Shown here piece after piece: positions 8,231-17,282 of a stretch of DNA of 37,484 bases. The DNA lies in NCBI GenBank assembly GCA_051382335.1, contig JBBCAX010000112.1, positions 1 through 37,484 on the forward strand, given 5' to 3'. Source of the DNA: Deltaproteobacteria bacterium TL4 (GTDB lineage: Bacteria > SAR324 > NAC60-12). Position 1 is the stretch's first letter; each line of letters begins with the position of its first letter. The position numbers and the translations under genes were made by a program. The notes under the pieces were generated by a model, which saw only the letters and a program-made list of their open reading frames with translations, made no database searches and was not told the DNA's origin.

Positions 8231-8503
8231 TTATCCTCCGATATATCTTGGGAAGTTAGTGAAAACAGACTCAAAATACGTTGAGGCTTGAGCTAATAAC
8301 CAAGGAAAAAGAATAGCAATTATTCCTAATATCGCACCCATTTTAGGGATGATTGCCAGGGTTTGTTCTTGAATCTGAGTTACAGCTTGAAAAATAGAAA
8401 TCAACAACCCGATGACGAGTGCCCCTATCAGCATTGGCGCTGAGAGCAATATAGCCATACGAATTGCTTCCATTCCAAATGAAATAACAAATGCTTGTGA
8501 CAT
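8231..8503 (-). CDS. fliQ: Flagellar export apparatus protein FliQ
   Basis: IGLLISIFQAVTQIQEQTLAIIPK signature; 90 aa hydrophobic protein. Confidence 0.93.
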   Translation of the reverse strand: MSQAFVISFGMEAIRMAILLSAPMLIGALVIGLLISIFQAVTQIQEQTLAIIPKMGAILGIIAILFPWLLAQASTYFESVFTNFPRYIGG

Positions 8504-8559
8504 GACGTTCCCTTAGTTAAAAGGTTTAATCAGTAATCCCTCCCGCCATTTACTTCTGT

Positions 8560-8814
8560 CTATCCTTGTTCCAAAGGAATCCCTTTTTCAATCAACATGA
8601 CAGGAATATTTTCATAAATCGGATAAATGTATTTTTGGTCTTTTCTGATCAACCCCGCTTGTAGAGTGTTTTCAACCTTCTCCCCTTTGCGGTTGTGTAC
8701 AATCCCCTCTCTAATCTTTGTGTTAATCACACCTAATAATGAGTCATCAAGCAAGGTAACAGGTTCATGCGTCTCAGGACAAATCAGCAACTTAATAAAA
8801 GCTTCACTCAGCAT
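8560..8814 (-). CDS. Trm112/YcaR-like small protein
   Basis: LLICPET...YPIYENIPVML pattern; start overlaps the purF end by 11 nt. Confidence 0.8.
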   Translation of the reverse strand: MLSEAFIKLLICPETHEPVTLLDDSLLGVINTKIREGIVHNRKGEKVENTLQAGLIRKDQKYIYPIYENIPVMLIEKGIPLEQG

Positions 8815-10327
8815 AAGGTTCTCTCATTTCTGGAAGTTGCTTTTTATAATTGTACTCCGCCCATTGAGTAGGATATTTGGTCGTCACACAGGCGAGACAA
8901 AGGTTATCTTTGGGGAGATCAATGGCTTTAGTCAAGCGATCAACTGTCAAGTATTTGAGACTATTAGCCGATAAATCCTGAGCCATTTTGTTGAGCACTT
9001 TGCTGGAGAAGTCCATGGCGTCTCCAGGTTTCCAATAACGGGTGGCGAAGAGTTCTCCTACAGTGGGAATATCTATCCCGTAAAAACAAGGAGCCACAAT
9101 AGGAGGACAGGCAATACGTACATGCACTTCTGCAACTTTTCCTCGTTTATATAAATCCTGAATGATCGTCTTTAAGGTTACCGCACGAACTAAAGAATCA
9201 TCGACGAGTAAGATACGCTTATTTTCCAATATTTCAGGTAAAGGTGTAAATTTTTTAAGAATCATCTCTTGACGGGTTTGCCCTTCAATAAAAGTTCGTC
9301 CCACATAGCGGTTTCGTACTAAACCTTCCATGACAGGGATCCCGAGTTCAAAACCGAAAGCATGAGCCGCAATTGATGCCGTTTCGGGAACAGGAACAAC
9401 CAGAACGTCATCGCCTAATTCCAAATCTTCCATTTTAGCCAATTGAAAACCAAGTTCTCTGCGTACTTTATAAACGGACCGCTTATCTAATGTTGAGGCG
9501 AGGTTTGAAAAATAGATCCACTCAAAATAACAGTGAGCGGGGGCCTCTGGTTCACAATATCGCTCAATATGATACCCATTTTTGGTCACTACCAAAATAC
9601 TGCCAGGTTCAATATCGGTATAGTCCATGATTCCGATACGGGTTAAGGCAACACTCTCAGAGGAGACAAACAGTAAATTATCTTTAATGCCATAACATAA
9701 AGGTTTAATGCCTTTGGGATCACGCATGACAACCAAGTCCCCTTGGGCATTGAGAAAGGCAATGTTGAAAGCACCGTCAAACATTCGTGCCAAGGATGCA
9801 AAAATATTTTTATAGCTTTCTTGCTCTTCATTACCTAGCACCTTGTTGATACAATGCATCATGACTTCGGTATCGGTGTTATAAGTAATGTGATATCCTT
9901 TCTCCACTAATTCTGTTTTCAGATTTTCAAAGTTTGCCAAGTTTCCATTAAACGCGATAGAAAACCATTTGGATTTTCTGCCATGCATCCGTTCAAAGGG
10001 TTGAGCAAAATTTCGATTTTCTAAGCCGCTGGTTGCATAACGAACATGCCCAATCGCAACGGTTCCCTTGTAACGCTCGATCAAATATTTTGATTTACGA
10101 GAATGATACATTTTAAACGCTTGCCCTACATTACCCAAATCCTTGTGCGTTTGTAAAAGTCTATCTCTTGAGGCAGAGTAACTAGTAACACCAGCGCTCA
10201 GTTGTCCACGGTTTTGTAAATCAAGTAACATCCCGGGGATGTATTGAGTCACATTAACTGGTGGGGATTTTGTTTGATCTAATTGATAAACAGCAACAAT
10301 ACCACATTCTTCGTTTAGACTATGCAC
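8804..10327 (-). CDS. purF: Amidophosphoribosyltransferase
   Basis: Propeptide then EECGI nucleophile, QNRGQ, GHVRYAT, NGNL, CYFEWIYF, PVPET, RNRYVGRTFI, VDDSLVR. Cys in CPP and CLAC is consistent with the Fe-S type. Confidence 0.95.
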   Translation of the reverse strand: MHSLNEECGIVAVYQLDQTKSPPVNVTQYIPGMLLDLQNRGQLSAGVTSYSASRDRLLQTHKDLGNVGQAFKMYHSRKSKYLIERYKGTVAIGHVRYATSGLENRNFAQPFERMHGRKSKWFSIAFNGNLANFENLKTELVEKGYHITYNTDTEVMMHCINKVLGNEEQESYKNIFASLARMFDGAFNIAFLNAQGDLVVMRDPKGIKPLCYGIKDNLLFVSSESVALTRIGIMDYTDIEPGSILVVTKNGYHIERYCEPEAPAHCYFEWIYFSNLASTLDKRSVYKVRRELGFQLAKMEDLELGDDVLVVPVPETASIAAHAFGFELGIPVMEGLVRNRYVGRTFIEGQTRQEMILKKFTPLPEILENKRILLVDDSLVRAVTLKTIIQDLYKRGKVAEVHVRIACPPIVAPCFYGIDIPTVGELFATRYWKPGDAMDFSSKVLNKMAQDLSANSLKYLTVDRLTKAIDLPKDNLCLACVTTKYPTQWAEYNYKKQLPEMREPYAE

Positions 10328-10404
10328 GTTTTACCTCAATAGGGAAAAGGTGAACATTGTACACAACATCCAACAGTAGGCGTGTGACAATTAAAAATCA
10401 GGAA

Positions 10405-11427
10405 TTACAAGAGATCCATCTGTGAATTTGAAGGAAGAGGACGTCCCAGGTGCTCATAAGCTTGACGAGTTGCCGTCCGTCCTCGTGGCGTTCTCTGCAG
10501 AAAACCTTTAATCAATAAATAAGGCTCATAAACATCTTCAATGGTGTCTTTTTCCTCAGATACCGCCGCAGAAAGTGTACTTAAGCCAACGGGACCTCCA
10601 TCAAATTTGTCAATAATCGTATTCAAAATTTGACGATCCATCAAATCAAGTCCTAAAAAGTCAATTCCCATCCGTTCCAAGCTTTTATGGACTAAGCTTT
10701 CTGTAATCACACCTGAAGTTTCTAAATCCGCAAAGTCACGGCACCGTCTTAATAAACGGTTGGCGATCCTTGGTGTTCCTCTCGCACGTCGACCGAGTTC
10801 CAACGCGGCTTCTTCCATAATTTCGACGTCCAAAATACCTGCAGCCCGATGGACAATGGTTTTGAGCTCCTCAGGTGAGTAGTAATTCACACGACACTGT
10901 ATGCCGAAACGATCCCTCAACGGACTGGAAAGAAGTCCTGCCCTTGTTGTGGCTCCAACTAAAGTAAAAGGAGGCAGATCTAACTTTAAGGTTCTTGCGC
11001 CAGGACCTTGTCCGATGATAATATCTACCGTAAAATCCTCCATTGCCGCATACAGTACCTCTTCAACCACCCGATTTAAACGATGAATTTCATCAACAAA
11101 AAGAATACTTCCCGGATCAAGATTCGTTAAGATTGCGGCAAGATCTCCTTTTCGTTCTAAAACCGGACCAGATGTTGACCTCATTGGAGTATCCATTTCT
11201 TGTGAGAGAATACTGGCTAAGGTTGTTTTTCCCAGTCCAGGAGGTCCACTGAGTAATACGTGATCAAGCGCATGTCCTCTCTTTTTTGCAGCTTCAATGT
11301 AGACTGAAAGGTTCTTTTTAATATCCTCTTGACCAATATACTCATTCAGGCGGGTAGGACGCAGCGAAGGATCCGATTGGTCCTCTCTTTGTGCTTCAGG
11401 TCCAATCACCCTGGTTTCATCATTCAT
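10405..11427 (-). CDS. ruvB: Holliday junction branch migration helicase RuvB
   Basis: [49 protein letters not shown]. Confidence 0.98.
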   Translation of the reverse strand: MNDETRVIGPEAQREDQSDPSLRPTRLNEYIGQEDIKKNLSVYIEAAKKRGHALDHVLLSGPPGLGKTTLASILSQEMDTPMRSTSGPVLERKGDLAAILTNLDPGSILFVDEIHRLNRVVEEVLYAAMEDFTVDIIIGQGPGARTLKLDLPPFTLVGATTRAGLLSSPLRDRFGIQCRVNYYSPEELKTIVHRAAGILDVEIMEEAALELGRRARGTPRIANRLLRRCRDFADLETSGVITESLVHKSLERMGIDFLGLDLMDRQILNTIIDKFDGGPVGLSTLSAAVSEEKDTIEDVYEPYLLIKGFLQRTPRGRTATRQAYEHLGRPLPSNSQMDLL

Positions 11428-12932
11428 AAGGTTAACGTGTTATTCCTAGATTTTGTTTTTGTTTCACGCGCAGCTATTTCAGGACTAATTTTCCAGGTGA
11501 CGAGAGGAGACAACGCATAGAGCAGCAAATAGAAAAAGGCGATATGTCCGAAATACGGGGTAAAAACAAAGGTCAATATCAAAATCAATGTAAGCTTGCC
11601 AAACCAGGGTTTACGGCTCATAAAGCGTCCTAGATGAATATACCGAATAGGGTAGGCATTCATCAATAGGGAGGTTCCAAGGATGGAGACAATACATGTA
11701 AGGCCCCAGTAGTACTGTAATTGAGTCGATGAGTCCTGAACTGCCTGATTCAGCATGATAAAAGGCGCAGAAATGAATAGTGCGGCCGCAGGGGTCGGTA
11801 ACCCTTTGAAAAAACCGGGAATAGGTGTTGAATCCATCGTAAAATAAACTAAACGACCTATGCCTAATAAAGCGTACATCAGGGCAATCCAACCATAAGG
11901 CCATTGTTGAATGGTGGCATCGGGCACACGACTCAATAAAATATAGGAAATGATCGCTGGAGCAATACAAAAGCTCACTCCGTCGGAAATATCATCAAGC
12001 ACGCTCCCAAAACTAACATACCGCTTTTGATTTAGGTTCGCACTTGGCAATGGTTCCGTTAATCCCAATTTACGAGCAACCGCACCGTCCAGCTTATCAA
12101 AAAGAGCAGCGCCAATGAGAATCATATAAGCCTCTCGCATTCGATCCTGATACGCAAAAAAAATAGCTAGCATACCCATCATCGCATTCATCACCGTCAG
12201 TGCATTGGGAAAAAGCGAAAGAATTCGTCTCCTGAGAACCGCATCGCCTAAACACAATTCATCCAAGCAGTAAGTCCCATACTTTCGGCAATAACCTGCG
12301 ACAGAACCAAAATTCACAACGAGAAACGCGATTTCTATAAAAAACAAACCTCTCTGAGGAATATCATTTCCCAACCAGGATATCCAGGAATAGACGGGAG
12401 ACGAGGGGCCATCAGGGACATAGAACGCATACGCGTACAAAATCGCACTGACGGGAGCCGCGATCATGGTTCGAAGTCTTGTGATTTCTTTCAATTCTTC
12501 ATCTTGTCCTTTACGTAAGGCAAAATTACGCATGAAGTGCGCAAAATTGTCCCGAATCAGGACCGTCACACAAAGGATCAGTACAAAAATGACATGAAAC
12601 AGCTCAATTTTTGTGTGATTTTCCGAGTTATGGAAACGCCACATCATTCCCGTTGCGACCACAGGGAAAATCATGGAGTAAACCACCTTATCCATGATAC
12701 GATCCGCAAGATGAGATAATTTCGTCTGGGGACGAAACCTGGCGTTAAACCAACCATCTACCAAATCGAAACTCATGGATATCACCAGAAAGAGAACTCC
12801 AGCGGTATACACGATAGGATTACTGGTCAACATCACATCAAGGGCACATAGCATTCCGGCAAAAACCAAAGGAGGTCTTCCATAAACCAACAAGGCCGCG
12901 ACATTTTGTGAAATATACTCTCGTTTGGGCAT
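11424..12932 (-). CDS. CDP-alcohol phosphatidyltransferase with two tandem domains (C-terminal one PssA-like)
   Basis: Two motif copies, [10 protein letters not shown]...ADRIMD and [12 protein letters not shown]...[14 protein letters not shown] and FKGLPTP; many TM segments. Confidence 0.8.
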   Translation of the reverse strand: MPKREYISQNVAALLVYGRPPLVFAGMLCALDVMLTSNPIVYTAGVLFLVISMSFDLVDGWFNARFRPQTKLSHLADRIMDKVVYSMIFPVVATGMMWRFHNSENHTKIELFHVIFVLILCVTVLIRDNFAHFMRNFALRKGQDEELKEITRLRTMIAAPVSAILYAYAFYVPDGPSSPVYSWISWLGNDIPQRGLFFIEIAFLVVNFGSVAGYCRKYGTYCLDELCLGDAVLRRRILSLFPNALTVMNAMMGMLAIFFAYQDRMREAYMILIGAALFDKLDGAVARKLGLTEPLPSANLNQKRYVSFGSVLDDISDGVSFCIAPAIISYILLSRVPDATIQQWPYGWIALMYALLGIGRLVYFTMDSTPIPGFFKGLPTPAAALFISAPFIMLNQAVQDSSTQLQYYWGLTCIVSILGTSLLMNAYPIRYIHLGRFMSRKPWFGKLTLILILTFVFTPYFGHIAFFYLLLYALSPLVTWKISPEIAARETKTKSRNNTLTL

Positions 12933-12964
12933 AAAACCTCTATTTTTCCCTTATCGTCCCTTCG

Positions 12965-14020
12965 TTAGTATTCCTGCAAACGATGCTCTGCATTAAACAC
13001 ATGCAATAACACCGCGGCACGAATATACATTCCGTTACGTAACTGCCTCCAGTACATTGCCCGTGGATCCGAATCGATGGAGGGATGCAGCTCACTTCTT
13101 CGTGGAAGAGGATGCAAAATAATGGCATCTTTCTTCATCAGCTGAATATTATCAGGTGTTAAGCTAAACTGACTCAGGTTAATCGGAGCTGACTCCCCTG
13201 GCAGGTCATACTCATCTTGAACTCGCGTCATGTAAAGGCTATCCAGATGGGGGAGCACACTGTTCAAATCATGCGTTTTGTGAACAGTGACGTTATTTTC
13301 TCGAAGATGTTCTTCAAGATCCGGCGCAATTTGGAGATTTGGAGGCGCAATCATATACATTTCAACGTTCTCAAAACGAGTCAGTAAATAGATCGCTGAA
13401 CGTACAGCACGCCCTCTTAATAAGTCTCCGACAAAACCATAAGTCTTTCCAGAGATTCCCCCACGGTTTTGAAAAGAACGATACATGGTGTATAAATCTA
13501 AAACCGCCTGAGTCGGATGTTGATCCTTTCCGCTACCACCGTTAAGAATGGGAACACTGCGGCCGGTAAGATCAAGGAGATAGGCCATATACTCACAAAA
13601 TCCAGGTTGTGGATCCCGCATGATAATGGCATCAAAATAACTACTAAAGACCCGAACACCATCTTCTTTACTTTCCCCTTTAACTTCGGAGGATAAAGAA
13701 GGATCACGGACTTCCCCGGTGTCCATTCCGACCAGTTGACAAGCCGTTAAAAAAGAGAGGAAGGTTCTCGTTGAGGGCTGGGTAAAATACAACATGGCTT
13801 TTTTATGGTGCAATAATGAAGCAAGAAACTCAATACCATTCGGTTTACGAGTAATATGTTTAATGAGATCTGCCGTATCAAACAACGTTTTAATATAAGT
13901 TCGAGAAAATTGCTGGGACATCATGATATGAAAAGGCCTCCCTTCTTTTTCATAGTAAGGCATACGATCTTTAAGAGGCAGTGTTAGATATTCTTTCATA
14001 CTCTTTATTTCTGTTACCAT
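12965..14020 (-). CDS. pyrB: Aspartate carbamoyltransferase catalytic subunit
   Basis: PSTRTFLSF, KGES, HPTQ, GDL, YMTRVQ, HPLP. ATG 14020 preferred, because the longer GTG 14185 extension runs through a structured RNA region. Confidence 0.93.
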   Translation of the reverse strand: MVTEIKSMKEYLTLPLKDRMPYYEKEGRPFHIMMSQQFSRTYIKTLFDTADLIKHITRKPNGIEFLASLLHHKKAMLYFTQPSTRTFLSFLTACQLVGMDTGEVRDPSLSSEVKGESKEDGVRVFSSYFDAIIMRDPQPGFCEYMAYLLDLTGRSVPILNGGSGKDQHPTQAVLDLYTMYRSFQNRGGISGKTYGFVGDLLRGRAVRSAIYLLTRFENVEMYMIAPPNLQIAPDLEEHLRENNVTVHKTHDLNSVLPHLDSLYMTRVQDEYDLPGESAPINLSQFSLTPDNIQLMKKDAIILHPLPRRSELHPSIDSDPRAMYWRQLRNGMYIRAAVLLHVFNAEHRLQEY

Positions 14021-14080
14021 ATTACGCTCATCATCAAAATGTTTTGTGAAAACTTCATGATACCTTGAAGATTGTAACAC

Positions 14081-14246
14081 ATAGGAATGAGAGTTAAATA
14101 ACATCCTCGTTCGATAAGTCGCTCGAAAGTCTTGGTGGCTGCTGCATTTGACCGCAGTCAGTAGGTGAGAGGTCCACGCTACCACAAAATCCCGCTAGAA
14201 TCAGGGGCTAGAGCAAACAGCGAAGTTATTTAATCTACACCCCTAT
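14081..14246 (-). ncRNA. Candidate rod-shaped ncRNA (6S-like or pyrB leader)
   Basis: The ends pair: AUAGGGGUG(U)AGAUUAAAUAAC with GUUAUUUAA(C)UCUCAUUCCUAU. Further internal stems; promoter immediately upstream. Confidence 0.5.
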
Positions 14247-14250
14247 CGTA

Positions 14251-14279
14251 TTAATATTTGCGCTCTATTGTCCAGTCAA
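14251..14279 (-). promoter_or_regulatory. Putative sigma70 promoter for the rod-shaped RNA / pyrB operon
   Basis: TTGACT (14279-14274), 17-nt spacer, TATTAA (14256-14251). Confidence 0.45.
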
Positions 14280-14476
14280 ATAGACGATTTTCTATCGCCT
14301 TTGATGATAGTTTGCGTTTTAAATTTCTATTTTTAAACTAACAGTCTGTAATGAATATGTATAAACCGTTTGACTCCCACATGATTTCTGCTTACATTTG
14401 TACCAGCGCGTATGATTTAAACACCAGTCTCTCCTCATTGTCATCAATAAACAGAACCCTTTGTCGCAAGATTATT

Positions 14477-15478
14477 ATGAATCACTCCGTATCTCCCGAG
14501 CTGAATAAAACACTCAATCAGTACGATTTTGATAAACAATTACAGTCTCATAACCTTAGTTTAAATCGTAGCAAGCTCACAACGCTGCAACTCAATTTGG
14601 GCCGAGTCTGTAACCAGGCTTGTCATCACTGTCATGTCGATGCGTCTCCCAAGCGAACAGAGACCATGAGTGAAAGAACGATGGATCGCGTTATAGAGCT
14701 AATAGCTCAATCTCCTCATGTGAAAACTATTGATATCACAGGCGGCGCTCCCGAAATGAATCCTTATTTCCGAAAATTGGTTCAAGCGGCCAGTGAACTG
14801 GAAAAGCAAATTATAGACCGTTGTAACCTTACCATCCTGCTTGAACCTGGAAATGAAAACCTTGTCAGCTTTTTAGCGGATCATCATGTTGATCTTATTG
14901 CGTCTTTGCCCTGTTATCTGGAAAAAAATGTAGATTCTCAACGAGGTGATGGAGTTTTCAATCAGAGTATTCAAGCTTTAAAACAACTCAACCAAAGAGG
15001 ATATGGAAAAGCAAACACCGATTTAAACTTAAATCTGGTTTATAATCCTGCAGGTCCTTCTTTGCCGCCTCCTCAAAAATCGTTGGAATTGGATTATAAA
15101 CATCAACTCAAAGAACACTACGATATTGAATTCAATCAACTACTGACTATTACCAACCTTCCTATTAATCGTTTTGCTCATCATTTAGTCAGAAATCAAC
15201 AACTGAATGCCTATATGAACACGTTGCTTCATGCTTTCAACCCGAATACCGTTGAAAGACTCATGTGTCGAAGTTTGATTTCTGTTTCATGGGAAGGGAA
15301 ATTGTACGATTGCGATTTCAATCAAATGCTGAACCTTCCGGTGACAGGGCGAGGCAAGACGCTGTGGGATATGGACTCACTTGATACTTACCAGGAGCCT
15401 CATATTGCCTGTGGATCGCATTGCTTCGGATGTACGGCCGGTTCTGGCAGTAGTTGTGGTGGCGCCTTATTGAGTTGA
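14477..15478 (+). CDS. arsS: ArsS-like radical SAM protein with Cys-rich C-terminal domain (DUF3641 type)
   Basis: CNQACHHCH, DITGGAPEMNP, ASLPCY...VD.QRG.GVF, LYDCDFNQML, HCFGCTAGSGSSCGG. ATG 14477 likely; ORF is open from 14351. Confidence 0.82.
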   Translation: MNHSVSPELNKTLNQYDFDKQLQSHNLSLNRSKLTTLQLNLGRVCNQACHHCHVDASPKRTETMSERTMDRVIELIAQSPHVKTIDITGGAPEMNPYFRKLVQAASELEKQIIDRCNLTILLEPGNENLVSFLADHHVDLIASLPCYLEKNVDSQRGDGVFNQSIQALKQLNQRGYGKANTDLNLNLVYNPAGPSLPPPQKSLELDYKHQLKEHYDIEFNQLLTITNLPINRFAHHLVRNQQLNAYMNTLLHAFNPNTVERLMCRSLISVSWEGKLYDCDFNQMLNLPVTGRGKTLWDMDSLDTYQEPHIACGSHCFGCTAGSGSSCGGALLS

Positions 15479-15552
15479 ATCAAGATTCCACGATGAACAT
15501 ATCACAGACAGTTCTTTGGTGATGGAGACCTCAGCAAAAATCGTGAACAAAA

Positions 15553-16773
15553 TTAAAATCCCAATTCCGCAAGTAAAGAATCCACATCATTCTGCGTACT
15601 TTTCTTACTGTCTGTCTCATCGGGACCATGAAGTGCGATGGTCTCTCCTTCTGAACCCTGATCCATTTTGGTAAGAAAGCTCTGAGTTCCTCCTTTTTGT
15701 TTTATTTGTTCTTCCGCAAAATGGGGCGAATATTTTTGAATCAACTCCAACAAACGCAGCTCCAACTTCTCCATAAAGTCAATAATCTTTTTGAGGGTTT
15801 GACCCGTCAAATCTTGAAATCCCTGGTTGGACATAATGGTAATGTAAGAGTTTTCATCTTCATGTAAGGCTGCCAGTAAAGCTTCTGTCTGAACATGAAT
15901 TTGTAATTGTAATGTGGCTTGAATCGGAGCAATTTCTGCGGCTAATTCGGGGTGGGCTTTTTTAAGTGCTGTCATTTTTTCTTTAACGTCCTCACAACCT
16001 TTGATAATACCTTCGACGATTTTAACGTTCATCTCGCAGGCTTGCAGTAATTTTTCCAAAAAATCCAGGTTATCGTTTGTGGCATCCTCCAAACGTTGAA
16101 TCACAGAATACAGTTTCTGAACCGCGTCCGGCATTTCATCGGTGACTTGCTGAAATTCCGCTGTATCAATATCGGCAGATAAATCCTGGAGAGAGTTATA
16201 TATTTCCCGGGTCATCTTCCCAATTTCTTCAATCAGATAGATGGCATCCCGAGTTGAGGTCAGTAAATTCAATTGTTGTACTTCAAACTTGATATCATCG
16301 CCATCCTGCCTGATGATAGCCTTGAACAAAGAGGCAATCGCATCCAATATGGGGATGATTCTGTCCTTGGTCTCTGCCGGAAGAAGGCTTGACAAAAAAT
16401 GAACTTGTTCTACCAAGCTTCGTAACGAGTATTCAACATTTTTCAGTTGTCCTGAAAGATCGGCGATTTCTTTAAATTCGGGAGGAGGATACGCTGAGAT
16501 CGGAAGTTCAAAGACCAAAGTCTCTGTTTGAATTCTTTTTAAAGAAATTTTTACGAGAGCACCCACCATTTCCATGGTTTGAAATTTAAGGTTCAACTCA
16601 GTTAGTTTTTGGTGCTGATGTTTGAGGTATTCAACAATTTGAGTGTTATCACTGAAAACGTCTAGAGGCAGTTCATTTAAAAAAGTCCAATACTCAACCA
16701 ACCATAATTTAAATCGAATAAAATCATTCCAAAGTTCATCTTTTGGAATCTCTGTCCTTTTCAGTTGGTTCAT
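15553..16773 (-). CDS. cheZ: CheZ-family phosphatase with long N-terminal extension
   Basis: Catalytic QGFQDLTGQ and C-terminal QNDVDSLLAELGF; SD-like GAGG upstream. Confidence 0.8.
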   Translation of the reverse strand: MNQLKRTEIPKDELWNDFIRFKLWLVEYWTFLNELPLDVFSDNTQIVEYLKHQHQKLTELNLKFQTMEMVGALVKISLKRIQTETLVFELPISAYPPPEFKEIADLSGQLKNVEYSLRSLVEQVHFLSSLLPAETKDRIIPILDAIASLFKAIIRQDGDDIKFEVQQLNLLTSTRDAIYLIEEIGKMTREIYNSLQDLSADIDTAEFQQVTDEMPDAVQKLYSVIQRLEDATNDNLDFLEKLLQACEMNVKIVEGIIKGCEDVKEKMTALKKAHPELAAEIAPIQATLQLQIHVQTEALLAALHEDENSYITIMSNQGFQDLTGQTLKKIIDFMEKLELRLLELIQKYSPHFAEEQIKQKGGTQSFLTKMDQGSEGETIALHGPDETDSKKSTQNDVDSLLAELGF

Positions 16774-16931
16774 TCGCCCTCTATAGGAATCGTTTCATTT
16801 CATAGATTTATGATTTGGTGACATGGACTCGTCGACTCTTTACTTATATTCATAAGCTATCAAAGTTAGATTTGCAAATGGTTTACTTGCTTCCTCATAA
16901 AAAAAGTTACAGAATCTTTCTTTTTTTCCAC

Positions 16932-16960
16932 TTGTCTTTGTTGTCAGGGTTGGGTATCTT
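16932..16960 (+). promoter_or_regulatory. Putative promoter of the tRNA pair
   Basis: TTGTCT, 17-nt spacer, TATCTT, 30 nt before tRNA-Cys. Confidence 0.4.
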
Positions 16961-16990
16961 CCCGAATTCCTTACATTTCTCATAAGGTAA

Positions 16991-17061
16991 GGCGATGTGG
17001 CCGAGTGGTCAGGCAGAGGTCTGCAAAACCTTGTACACCGGTTCAAATCCGGTCGTCGCCT
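16991..17061 (+). tRNA. tRNA-Cys(GCA), CCA not encoded
   Basis: Acceptor GGCGATG/CGTCGCC, anticodon loop CTGCAAA, T-loop GTTCAAATC, discriminator U. Confidence 0.95.
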
Positions 17062-17076
17062 CGTTATCCGTGAGAG

Positions 17077-17163
17077 GCCTGGGTGGCGGAATTGGTAGAC
17101 GCACAGGACTTAAAATCCTGCGATAGTAATATCGTACCGGTTCGATTCCGGTCCTAGGTACCA
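17077..17163 (+). tRNA. tRNA-Leu(TAA), CCA encoded
   Basis: Acceptor GCCTGGG/CCTAGGT, anticodon loop CTTAAAA, long variable arm, GTTCGATTC, 3' ACCA. Confidence 0.95.
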
Positions 17164-17282
17164 CATTATATCAGTGACTTAGACAAAAATTTTTGGGCTT
17201 GATCCTAACTTCGGCCAATGAGAGCAAACAAATGGTAGCGTGGGATTGCATTCCCACTTTTTCATCATCCCGCCACTTGGCA

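Noticed and set aside
8057..8284. 75-aa plus-strand ORF
   Set aside because: No SD, no recognisable motif, overlaps the fliQ end; the region is better explained as structured RNA.
14021..14185. 55-aa N-terminal extension of PyrB from GTG 14185
   Set aside because: No ATCase similarity, and it runs through the rod-shaped RNA candidate.
14081..14246. Retron msr-msd or PyrR attenuator
   Set aside because: No reverse transcriptase nearby; no PyrR binding-loop consensus or U-tailed terminator.
16840..17046. 68-aa minus-strand ORF
   Set aside because: It is the antisense of tRNA-Cys and its promoter.
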